From: Capsulimonadales bacterium
GTDB taxonomy: Bacteria; Armatimonadota; Armatimonadia; Armatimonadales; Armatimonadaceae
Assembly (NCBI GenBank): GCA_033762295.1
Contig: JANRLW010000080.1
Span: 1-34,399, forward strand
DNA: 34,399 nt
Direction of reading: 5' to 3'
Positions 26,533 through 34,258 of the stretch are shown one piece after another (the first letter of the stretch is position 1; each line of letters begins with the position of its first letter). The position numbers and the translations under genes were made by a program. The notes below the pieces were generated by a model, which had not been told where the DNA came from, did no database searches, and worked only from the letters and a program-made list of their open reading frames with translations.

Positions 26533-27143
26533 CAGGGATTTCCGTCGGGCGCGGGTTTGGCCTTCGGTTCGATCGGCGTCCCGCTGAGCGTGGGTTTCGT
26601 GATGACAATCCGGGTGGTGTCGGCGTCGAGGAACTCGACGAATCCCTTCTCCCCGGTCGTCACGAAGGGATCGTCGGCCGCGAAGGTGGCATCGCGCTGT
26701 ACGACCCGGACGTTCCCCTCGACATCGATCCGGGTGGGCGCGTCCCCCTCGGCGACACGATACACCGCAGTATTGCAGGTCAGTGTGGTCGTCCGTCCGG
26801 GATCGCGTACGACGACGCGCACCTCGGTGTTCGCCCGCGCGTTGGTCACGAGGCCGCGCTTGATATCCCGAATCAGGGTGATCTTTCGCGCGGAGATATC
26901 GTAACGGCGGGAAGTGATCGTCACCACCCGGTCCGTCAGGTCCAGCTGCCAGACGTTCTTTCGGGTGCTGGTGACCAGTTCCAGTTGTCCGGTCGGGGCC
27001 GCCACGCGGAACTGTCCGATCTGCGTCCCCCCCGGTACGGTCGGCGGCGCGCCGTTGCCCTGGCGAGCAACCGCCGCCGGCATCAGACCTGCCGCTATCA
27101 ATATCGCGCCGATGAACGCTCGTTGTTTGAACATGCTACTCAT
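26532..27143 (-). CDS. lptA: LptA/OstA-like periplasmic beta-jellyroll protein, about 203 aa
   Basis: Signal peptide MFKQRAFIGAILIAAGLMPAAVA; beta-rich ISARKITL, LTCNTAVY, IDVEGNVRVVQ; lies between lptC-like and lptB with a TGATG overlap. Start 27143 (or 27134); the track's longer N-terminus overlaps the upstream gene. Confidence 0.65.
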   Translation of the reverse strand: MSSMFKQRAFIGAILIAAGLMPAAVARQGNGAPPTVPGGTQIGQFRVAAPTGQLELVTSTRKNVWQLDLTDRVVTITSRRYDISARKITLIRDIKRGLVTNARANTEVRVVVRDPGRTTTLTCNTAVYRVAEGDAPTRIDVEGNVRVVQRDATFAADDPFVTTGEKGFVEFLDADTTRIVITKPTLSGTPIEPKAKPAPDGNP

Positions 27144-27151
27144 TTCGTAGG

Positions 27152-27742
27152 TCAGAGAGTGCCGGACGAGGGAGTCTGCCCCATCTTCACCCGGTACCGG
27201 CTGAGTTTCGTATCCGCCGTAAACGATCTGCCATGAAGAACAAAGTCCGGTCGGGCGGTCATAACGACATTTCCGTTTCCGGTCAGCAGATTTCGGTCGT
27301 GGGTCCACACCATTTTGTCGGCGCGGACGGCCGGCGCTCTGGGCTGCGAAAGGGACGTCGCGACAACGTTCCCGGTCGCGACCACCGTGCGCTCCTCGCG
27401 GTTGGCGGCCAGTCGATCCGCCGTCAGGGTGGCGGACGCTTTTCCCTCCTGGTAGAGGACCGCGCTTCCCCGGGATACGACGACCGTTTCCCCTTCCGCT
27501 CCCGTACTCGCGCCCGCGCCCCGGCTTTTCAGGTCCAATACCTTCGGCAGCGCGCCGGAAGGCGAGACGTCGCCTTTTGAGTCGTACACCGAGACGCTCA
27601 ATCCGGTGGAGGTTGCGGACAGCGGCGGCGGGGTCGGGGTCGGCTTCGAGGATGCGGTCTCCTTTGATTTTCGGCCGCATCCCGCCCCTGTCGCAAAGAC
27701 TGTCAGGCAAAGCGCGAGGCCGAGGATCGTCCTTTGTCTCAA
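27152..27742 (-). CDS. lptC: LptC-like LPS export protein with lipoprotein signal, about 196 aa
   Basis: TTG start with AGGAG RBS; MRQRTILGLALCLTVFATGAG|C lipobox; LTADRLAA, VVATGNVVA, VRADKMVW, LTGNGNVVM, LHGRSFTADTKL jellyroll motifs. Confidence 0.75.
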   Translation of the reverse strand: MRQRTILGLALCLTVFATGAGCGRKSKETASSKPTPTPPPLSATSTGLSVSVYDSKGDVSPSGALPKVLDLKSRGAGASTGAEGETVVVSRGSAVLYQEGKASATLTADRLAANREERTVVATGNVVATSLSQPRAPAVRADKMVWTHDRNLLTGNGNVVMTARPDFVLHGRSFTADTKLSRYRVKMGQTPSSGTL

Positions 27743-27769
27743 TGTCTCATTCTCCTGCTTTCCTACCTT

Positions 27770-27799
27770 TTGACGGCGTTTTTCGTTTCGCGTTACAAT
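27770..27799 (+). promoter_or_regulatory. Sigma70-type promoter of the epimerase gene
   Basis: TTGACG-18 nt-TACAAT, 36 nt before ATG 27836. Confidence 0.6.
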
Positions 27800-27835
27800 G
27801 AATCGCGCCTCAGCGGAAGCGCCGGAGGATTCACC

Positions 27836-28636
27836 ATGCGGTTCGGTATCTGTACGGGGATCGGGAACGCGCCGATCCTTCGATCGGCGGGATACGATTA
27901 TATCGAGATGAGCGTCGCGGGAGACCTGATTCCGGACGACCCGGAGGAGTCCTGGGCGACGAAACGCGCGGCGATCCGGGAGATGACCGGGACGACGGGT
28001 CTGCTCCCGGAGGCGTTCAATTCCTTTGTCCGCTCCGGAAAGATCGTCGGTCCCGAGGCCGATTTCGCTCGTCTGGAACGGTACGTCCGCACCGCGCTGA
28101 CGCGGGCGGCGGAGGTCGGCGGAAAGATCATCGTGTTCGGCAGCGGCGGGGCGCGGAACGTTCCGGACGGGTTCGACCGTGCCGACGCCGAAGCGCAGAT
28201 CGTTCGGTTTCTGCACCTGTGCGCGGATGCCCACGAGACGACCGGAGTGACGGTGGTGATCGAACCGTTGAACCGGGGTGAGTCGAATATCCTGAACACG
28301 GTCGCCGAGGGCGCGGAGTTCGTGCGGCGCGTGGACCGTCCGGGCGTTCGGAATCTGGCCGACACGTACCATATGATGAAGGACGGCGAACCGCTGTCGG
28401 CGGTGACCGTTCACGGGGCGACGCTCGCCCATGCCCATACGGCGGAGGCGGGAACCCGTTCCGCTCCGGGGACGGGCGATACCGATTTTCGGGCGATTCT
28501 GTCGGCGTTCCGCGCGGCAGGATACGACGGACGTCTGTCGATCGAATGCGGGTGGAAGGATATGGCCACCGAGGCCGGTCCCGCCCTGGCGAGTTTGCGA
28601 GCGGCGTATTCGGCAGCGCATTCGACGGCTTCGTGA
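27836..28636 (+). CDS. Sugar phosphate isomerase/epimerase (xylose-isomerase-like TIM barrel, ketose 3-epimerase-like), 266 aa
   Basis: AGYDYIE, IVFGSG, VIEPLNRGE, ADTYHM, HAH, GYDGRLSIE metal-site motifs; GGAGGA RBS before ATG 27836. Confidence 0.85.
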   Translation: MRFGICTGIGNAPILRSAGYDYIEMSVAGDLIPDDPEESWATKRAAIREMTGTTGLLPEAFNSFVRSGKIVGPEADFARLERYVRTALTRAAEVGGKIIVFGSGGARNVPDGFDRADAEAQIVRFLHLCADAHETTGVTVVIEPLNRGESNILNTVAEGAEFVRRVDRPGVRNLADTYHMMKDGEPLSAVTVHGATLAHAHTAEAGTRSAPGTGDTDFRAILSAFRAAGYDGRLSIECGWKDMATEAGPALASLRAAYSAAHSTAS

Positions 28637-28654
28637 CCGGCTTTCCTTGCCGGG

Positions 28655-29239
28655 TCAAGCGGCGTTGAATCGGTTCATGGCCGTATCGATGCCCTCCCGC
28701 ACCCAGACCTCGACCGCGCCCATCGCCTGGATCAGTGTCTCGTCCATGATTTTTCGGTCGGCGGACGAGAACTTTCCCAGAACCCACTCCACCTGGAGAC
28801 CGGGCGGCGGTTCGCCGACACCGATCCGCAGCCGCGCCCAGTCCTGCGAACCCAGATGTGCAGCGACGGATTTCAGGCCGTTCTGCCCTCCGCTCGATCC
28901 CCGCGGACGCAGGCGGAGCCGACCGACCGGCAGATGGATATCGTCGCAGAGGACCAGGAGTTGCGATAGCGGCACGGCTTCGCGCTGCATCAGAAGGGTC
29001 ACGGCTTCCCCGGACAGGTTCATGAACGTTTGCGGTTTGACGAGAAGCGTGGGAACGCCCGCGATGGTTCCGCGTCCGGTCAGCGACTTATCGCGGCGAT
29101 AATCAACCTTGAACCCGTGGGCGGCGGCCAGGGCGTCGATCAGTTCGAAGCCGATGTTATGACGTGTCCGATCGTAGTCCCGTCCGGGGTTTCCCAGACC
29201 GACGATCAGACGAAGCGGGACAGCAGCAGTTTCGGACAC
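28655..29239 (-). CDS. pth: Peptidyl-tRNA hydrolase
   Basis: LIVGLGNPG, TRHNIGF, KPQTFMNLSG, DD.HLPVG, GGQNGLKS, RLRIGVG. Confidence 0.95.
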   Translation of the reverse strand: MSETAAVPLRLIVGLGNPGRDYDRTRHNIGFELIDALAAAHGFKVDYRRDKSLTGRGTIAGVPTLLVKPQTFMNLSGEAVTLLMQREAVPLSQLLVLCDDIHLPVGRLRLRPRGSSGGQNGLKSVAAHLGSQDWARLRIGVGEPPPGLQVEWVLGKFSSADRKIMDETLIQAMGAVEVWVREGIDTAMNRFNAA

Positions 29240-29291
29240 GGTGGGTTTCTCCGCCTGTCGTATCGCCGGAGCCGGGGGGTTTGTTCAACGG

Positions 29292-30323
29292 CTACCAGAC
29301 GCGGTCGAAAAGTTCCGAGACGGAATCGTCCAGATGGATTCGCCGGATGGCGTCGGCGAGCAGCGGCGCGACCGACAGCACCTTGACCCGCCCGCTTTCG
29401 ATATGCTCCGTGCGGCGGAACGGGATCGTGTCCGTGATGACCAGCTGACGGATCGGAGAGGCGATGATCCGGTCGATCGCCTCCCCGGAGAGGATCGGAT
29501 GGGTGCAGCAGACGACTACGGCGGCGGCTCCCCGTTCCATCAGCGCCTCGGCTCCGTGAACGATCGTTCCGCCGGTATCGATCATGTCATCGATCATGAC
29601 GCAGACGCGGTCCTTGATATCGCCGATAATCTCCACGACTTCGACTTTTCCGGGTTCGGGGCGGCGTTTGGCAATGATCGCGATGCTCGTCTTCAGCCAT
29701 TCCGCCAGAGCGCGGGCGCGGGTAACGCCGCCGACATCCGGGGAGACGACGCAGGTATCGCCGTTGCCCAGTCCCTGTTCGCAGAGGTATTCGGCGATCA
29801 GCGGACCGGCATACAGATGATCCATCGGAATCCGGAAAAAGCCCTGAATCTGTCCGGCGTGGAGATCGACGCAGACGGCGCGGTTCGCGCCCGCCTCGGT
29901 GATCAGATCGGCGACCAGACGCGCGGTGACCGGTTCTCGCGGCTTGACCTTTTTATCCTGACGGGCGTAACCGTAGTAGGGCAGAACGACGGTGATCCGA
30001 TGGGCGGAGGCGCGGCGGAACGCATCGATCAGGATCAGCAGTTCCATGAGATTATCGTTGACGGGGTAGCAGGTCGGCTGAATGATGAAGACGTCCATGC
30101 CACGCGCGGACTCATCGACCTGTACGCGGATCTCGCCGTCGTTGAAACGGGTGCAGATCATTTTTCCGAGGGTGACGCCCAGATGTTCGGCGATACTGGC
30201 GGCAAGCGCGGGATGCGCGTTACCGGAGAAGACCCGCAGCGTTCCGGGCGTTTCCATCAACCCGACCGGCATTCGTCGTTCCGAATCCGTTGCCATGCCA
30301 CCTTCTCGGAAGATCGCGCTCAT
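29292..30323 (-). CDS. prs: Ribose-phosphate pyrophosphokinase
   Basis: FNDGEIRV, NDNLMELL, PYYGYARQDKK, VDLHAGQIQGFF, VSPDVGG, IDDMIDTGGT; ATGA overlap with glmU (alternative start 30296). Confidence 0.97.
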   Translation of the reverse strand: MSAIFREGGMATDSERRMPVGLMETPGTLRVFSGNAHPALAASIAEHLGVTLGKMICTRFNDGEIRVQVDESARGMDVFIIQPTCYPVNDNLMELLILIDAFRRASAHRITVVLPYYGYARQDKKVKPREPVTARLVADLITEAGANRAVCVDLHAGQIQGFFRIPMDHLYAGPLIAEYLCEQGLGNGDTCVVSPDVGGVTRARALAEWLKTSIAIIAKRRPEPGKVEVVEIIGDIKDRVCVMIDDMIDTGGTIVHGAEALMERGAAAVVVCCTHPILSGEAIDRIIASPIRQLVITDTIPFRRTEHIESGRVKVLSVAPLLADAIRRIHLDDSVSELFDRVW

Positions 30324-31780
30324 GGTTTTTCTTCTTTCCGGCGGGCGGCGAACGCACGGCGACGCCGTTCCGCCCAGCCTTCCTTGTTCGTCTGCGGTTC
30401 TCGCGCAATCGCCAGAGCATCCTCCGGCACATCCCTGGTAATGACGGACCCGGCCCCTGTGACGACCCCGTCGGCGACATTTACCGGCGCGACCAGGACG
30501 GTCGCCGACCCGATAAACGCGTTCGCCCCGATGGCGGTGCGGTGTTTATCGTAACCATCGTAGTTGCAGGTGATGGTTCCCGCGCCGATGTTCGTTCGTT
30601 CGCCGACTTCGGCGTCCCCCAGATAGGTCAGATGCCCCGCCGCCACGCCTTCGTGCAGACGAGCATTCTTGACTTCCACGAAGTTACCTAATTTTACACC
30701 GGATTTCAGTTCCGAACCCGGTCGAAGATGCGTGAACGGACCGATTCGGCAATTTTCTCCGACGACCACGCGATCCATGACGCAGACACGCGCCTGCACG
30801 CCGTCGGCCAGCCGGGATTCATGAATCTGGGCGTTCGGGCCGATGACGCAGTCCTCGCCGATGACGGTTTGCCCGGTGAGGATGGTGAAGGGGTGAAGGA
30901 CCGTATCCTGTCCGACCGAAACGCCGGCGTCGACGAAGGTCGTGGCCGGATCGACGACGGTAACGCCGGAAAGCATGATCTCCTTCAGAATTCGGGCGCG
31001 CATCCGGGCGGCGACCTCGACCAGTTCCACCCGCGTATTCACGCCGAGGACGACATCGGGATCGGGGGAGACGAGCGCCACCACCTTTTCGTCGTTGGTT
31101 CGGAGCACGGCAATGGAGTCGGTAAGATAGAGTTCCGCCTGCGCGTTGTCGGGAGTGATCCGTGCCAGCGCGCGGAAAAGGGACGGCGTATTGAAGACAT
31201 AGATGGAGGTGTTGATTTCGCGCAGGGCCAGTTGTTTCGGGGAGGCGTCTCTTGCCTCGACGATTCCGAGAACATGGCCCTGGTCATCCCGAACGACCCG
31301 CCCGTAGGTCCCGGCGTGATGCGGCAGGATAGCGGTCAACAGGGTGACGGCGGCGGAGCGTTCCGAATGCAGGCTGATCAGTCGGGACAGCACTTCGCCG
31401 GTCAGCAGGGGCGCGTCGCCGGGAACGATCAGGGTCGGACCGGTATGGTTTTGCAGCAACGGCTCCGCCATCAGGACGGCATGACCGGTGCCGCGCTGCT
31501 CCGTCTGTTCGACGTACTCGATGGCTCCGACGCCGAAATGCCCGTCAATCGTCTCCCGGACCAGTTCCGCCTGGTGACCGACCACGACGACTCGCCGGGT
31601 CACTCCGGCATCGGACAGCGCCTGAAGAATATGGATGATCAGCGGTCTGCCACAGATGGGGTGCAACGTCTTCGGCAGTTTGGAGCGCATCCGTGTGGAC
31701 TTACCTGCCGCCAGCACGACGGCGGCGATGTCGACAGGCGTAGAGGCGGTGGCAGTGGGCGCGTCTTGGTCCCCGATCAT
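30320..31780 (-). CDS. glmU: Bifunctional UDP-GlcNAc pyrophosphorylase / glucosamine-1-phosphate acetyltransferase
   Basis: VLAAGKSTRMRSKLPK, GTGHAV, YGRVVR, EINT, ELYLTD, GVN, hexapeptide repeats, GNFVEVK, HLTYLGDA, NYDG. Confidence 0.97.
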   Translation of the reverse strand: MIGDQDAPTATASTPVDIAAVVLAAGKSTRMRSKLPKTLHPICGRPLIIHILQALSDAGVTRRVVVVGHQAELVRETIDGHFGVGAIEYVEQTEQRGTGHAVLMAEPLLQNHTGPTLIVPGDAPLLTGEVLSRLISLHSERSAAVTLLTAILPHHAGTYGRVVRDDQGHVLGIVEARDASPKQLALREINTSIYVFNTPSLFRALARITPDNAQAELYLTDSIAVLRTNDEKVVALVSPDPDVVLGVNTRVELVEVAARMRARILKEIMLSGVTVVDPATTFVDAGVSVGQDTVLHPFTILTGQTVIGEDCVIGPNAQIHESRLADGVQARVCVMDRVVVGENCRIGPFTHLRPGSELKSGVKLGNFVEVKNARLHEGVAAGHLTYLGDAEVGERTNIGAGTITCNYDGYDKHRTAIGANAFIGSATVLVAPVNVADGVVTGAGSVITRDVPEDALAIAREPQTNKEGWAERRRRAFAARRKEEKP

Positions 31781-31900
31781 GAACCCGTTCCTTATCCTGC
31801 TTTCGATCGGGCGGCGCAGCGGAGACCGTTGAAACGCGAGGCAGGTCCGAGGAAAGCAAAACGCGGCAGCCGGGAGATGGCTCCGCTGACGGCTCCGCGT
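31781..31900 (-). promoter_or_regulatory. Structured 5' leader of glmU-prs-pth (candidate attenuator)
   Basis: Transcript would begin ACGCGG-AGCCG...CGGCU-G-CCGCGU followed by UUUGCUUU; an alternative pairing CAGCGGAG/CUCCGCUG is possible. Confidence 0.4.
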
Positions 31901-31906
31901 CGCCGA

Positions 31907-31935
31907 ATTATAGCACGACGGGGTTACCGCGTCAA
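31907..31935 (-). promoter_or_regulatory. Strong sigma70 promoter of glmU
   Basis: TTGACG-17 nt-TATAAT with extended -10 (TGcTATAAT). Confidence 0.8.
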
Positions 31936-31952
31936 CCGGAAAACCCTCGTCG

Positions 31953-32789
31953 TTATTCCTGATCTCCTGTCGTCTCCTCTGCCAAATCGTCGACTTTTGT
32001 TCTTGCCTCTATTTCCTCGGTCGGGACATAGTATTTCCCGTAGTAGTAGTAGCCACGCCCCCCTGCCCCCAGACGCAGACGGTTAAAAACAGTCCCGATA
32101 ACGTTCGCCCGTGCGCGGGCAAGCATTGCCATACTTTGTTGAACGTTCTTTTTGGTCGTTTCCTCGTCCACGACCAGAATGGTGGCGTCCGTCTGATGCG
32201 CGATCAGCAAACCGTCTGCGACTATCACTGCGGGGGGGCTGTCGACGAGAACGACATCGCAGAGGGCGCTCAATTCGCGCAGCAGGTCTGCCATGACGAC
32301 GGAACCGAGCAGTTCCGCAGGATTCGGCGGGATAGATCCTGCGGGCAACACCCGGATGGCCGGATTGTCGGTTTCTCGGAGCATCGTCGCGAGTTGTCGC
32401 CCCCCGCCCAGCACATCGGTTAACCCGGGCACAATCGGCAGGTCAAAGACTTTATGTTGAGTGGGACGGCGCAAGTCGCCATCGACGACGATAACGCGTT
32501 TTCCGTCCTGCGCCATGACATGGGCCAGATTTGCCGTGACAGTCGACTTACCTTCGGCAGCAATCGAGGAAATAAAAGTGATCGTTTTGGCCGGACGGTC
32601 CAGAGTTGCGAAGCGGAGATGGGTGCGAAGGGTCCGGAAGGATTCCATCAGCGGACTGAAGGCGTTCTGATCGCGGACCAGGCGCAAACCTTCGTCATCG
32701 ATCTGGGGAATCATCCCGAGGACAGGGACGCCCAGTTCGTTCTCCACTTCTCCCGGAGTCATGAATATGTCTTTGTAATGGGCCAGCAT
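31953..32789 (-). CDS. CpsD/CapB family bacterial tyrosine (BY) kinase, soluble, 278 aa
   Basis: ESFRTLRT, Walker A SSIAAEGKST, A' VIVVDGDLRRP, B VVLVDSPP, C-terminal Tyr cluster GYYYYGKYY; no transmembrane helix. Confidence 0.92.
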   Translation of the reverse strand: MLAHYKDIFMTPGEVENELGVPVLGMIPQIDDEGLRLVRDQNAFSPLMESFRTLRTHLRFATLDRPAKTITFISSIAAEGKSTVTANLAHVMAQDGKRVIVVDGDLRRPTQHKVFDLPIVPGLTDVLGGGRQLATMLRETDNPAIRVLPAGSIPPNPAELLGSVVMADLLRELSALCDVVLVDSPPAVIVADGLLIAHQTDATILVVDEETTKKNVQQSMAMLARARANVIGTVFNRLRLGAGGRGYYYYGKYYVPTEEIEARTKVDDLAEETTGDQE

Positions 32790-32794
32790 GGTAC

Positions 32795-33394
32795 TTACTC
32801 TCCGCCTCCGTCCTTCCGAATCTTTCGTTTCAGGTATATCCGCGCCTCATGGAGACGACTCTTGACCGTGGAAACGGGCAACGACAATGTGTCCGCGATC
32901 TGCTGCAGCGACTGCCCGCCCACATAGTACAGCAGGACGACGTTCTTTTGTGTCGACGGAAGCCGCCGGACGGCCTCCCGGATGATCTCCCGACGCGCCT
33001 CCTCCTGCATCCGCGCCATCGGATCACCTGATGCCCCGGCGGTCGACGGAACCGCGAACGCCTCATTGAACGGACTCGTCGGCAACGCCCGTCGGCGGGT
33101 CAGTCGGTCGCAATGCTTGCGAATCAACGCTTTCAGCAGCGACGGAAACGCCTCTGGCACCTCCAGCGACGCGATTCGCAGCATTGCCTCAATCAGGGCC
33201 TCCTGCGCCACATCCTCCGCCCGCTGCGCATCCCCGAGAATCGAAGTCGCATAGCCGATCGCCATCTCGCGGAACGACCGAACCAGCAGGTCCCGCGCTC
33301 CCGTCTCCCCCCGCTGCGCCCGCCGCACCAGACTGCCTATGGAAAGAGCTGAATGACTGTCTGAATGCTTTCGGTTATTCTGCGGGGTCATCAT
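32795..33394 (-). CDS. ECF-type RNA polymerase sigma factor, 199 aa
   Basis: LVRRAQRGE, region 2 DAQRAEDVAQEALIEA, region 4 LPSTQKNVVLLYY...SLQQIADTLSLPVSTVKSRLHEAR. Confidence 0.92.
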   Translation of the reverse strand: MMTPQNNRKHSDSHSALSIGSLVRRAQRGETGARDLLVRSFREMAIGYATSILGDAQRAEDVAQEALIEAMLRIASLEVPEAFPSLLKALIRKHCDRLTRRRALPTSPFNEAFAVPSTAGASGDPMARMQEEARREIIREAVRRLPSTQKNVVLLYYVGGQSLQQIADTLSLPVSTVKSRLHEARIYLKRKIRKDGGGE

Positions 33395-33407
33395 CGTACG
33401 CTATAAG

Positions 33408-33435
33408 AGACCCGGGTTCCACTGCTATGGTTGGA
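33408..33435 (-). promoter_or_regulatory. Possible ECF-type autoregulatory promoter
   Basis: Minus strand TCCAAC-16 nt-GGGTCT, ending 13 nt before the sigma ATG; fits the AAC...GTC pattern of ECF promoters. No obvious RBS. Confidence 0.35.
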
Positions 33436-33451
33436 AATCTCTTTACGTCAT

Positions 33452-34198
33452 TTAAAGAAGATACGTAACCGGACTTGCGTGAGGAAAGTGCCACTCGGCC
33501 GTATGGCCCATTTCATGGTCGGGGCGCACTTCGGCGTCGGTGGTCAGCGGGGAGGCGGGCGGGAGGAACGGCTGTTCGGTTCCGTTGATGAAGGTGCCGC
33601 TCCGGAAGATCAGATTGACGGTTGCGACCCGGAGCGACGGCTCGCTCCGCGACAGATTAAAGGCGAACGAGGGCCAGAGATCGAGGAAATGCTTCGTCGG
33701 CGGCACGATTCGGGAGTGCATGTTGCCGCAAACGGCCAGAATCTTTCTGTCGGGAACGTGCTCCCGGCGCTGTGCCAGGAGGTTCCGGGCCATCGTCGCA
33801 TCGCGCCCGGTCCAGGTTTCATAGGGTTCGTCGGTGGCCTTATCGAAGCAGAGAATGTCCCATGGCTGCGGCGCACTCCGCACCTGACGAACGCAGGCAA
33901 GCAGTTCGACGCTGCCGACGCCGTCTCGAAACTCCCCGGCGGGCTTCAGAAACCGTGGGGGCGGCGTCTCCGTTCGACCATGCGCCCAGTCCAGCAAGCC
34001 CGTCCGCTGATCGCAGGGGATTTCGATCGCAAGCGCCCCGTAACCGAGCGCGGTCAGCCGCGGCATCAATCCCAGCACGATCCGCCAGGTCTCCTGCTGC
34101 CCGTGGACTTCACCAAGCACCAGAATATCCGCTGCCGACGCCATCGTATCGACTTCTCGCAAGAAAGCTTCGGGAAAGGTACGGGGCCTCAGTTCCAT
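33452..34198 (-). CDS. Hypothetical protein, EreA/ChaN/TraB-like superfamily, 248 aa
   Basis: ILVLGEVHG, ALAIE, RDATMARNL, LAVCGNMHS match the GExH...E...RD..M...G..H pattern. Confidence 0.65.
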   Translation of the reverse strand: MELRPRTFPEAFLREVDTMASAADILVLGEVHGQQETWRIVLGLMPRLTALGYGALAIEIPCDQRTGLLDWAHGRTETPPPRFLKPAGEFRDGVGSVELLACVRQVRSAPQPWDILCFDKATDEPYETWTGRDATMARNLLAQRREHVPDRKILAVCGNMHSRIVPPTKHFLDLWPSFAFNLSRSEPSLRVATVNLIFRSGTFINGTEQPFLPPASPLTTDAEVRPDHEMGHTAEWHFPHASPVTYLL

Positions 34199-34204
34199 GC
34201 TGTC

Positions 34205-34210
34205 ATTATA
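34205..34210 (-). promoter_or_regulatory. -10 box of a probable leaderless transcript
   Basis: TATAAT-gacagc-ATG(34198); no RBS and no clear -35. Confidence 0.6.
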
Positions 34211-34258
34211 CGGAGGATTCGCCCGGAAAGCGGGGAATTCTGGGCGAGGGACAATGGA

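Noticed and set aside
27144..27710. N-terminal extension of the 392-aa ORF
   Set aside because: Overlaps lptC out of frame; the signal peptide begins at 27143/27134.
27743..28621. N-terminal ~290 aa of the 489-aa ORF, suggesting an LptC fusion
   Set aside because: Antisense to the epimerase gene; a TTG start with RBS and lipobox at 27742 explains the real protein.
31781..31952. tRNA upstream of glmU, as found in some phyla
   Set aside because: No TTC-containing T-loop, cloverleaf or CCA end on either strand.
29241..32086. + strand ORFs of 437 and 452 aa
   Set aside because: Antisense to prs and glmU.
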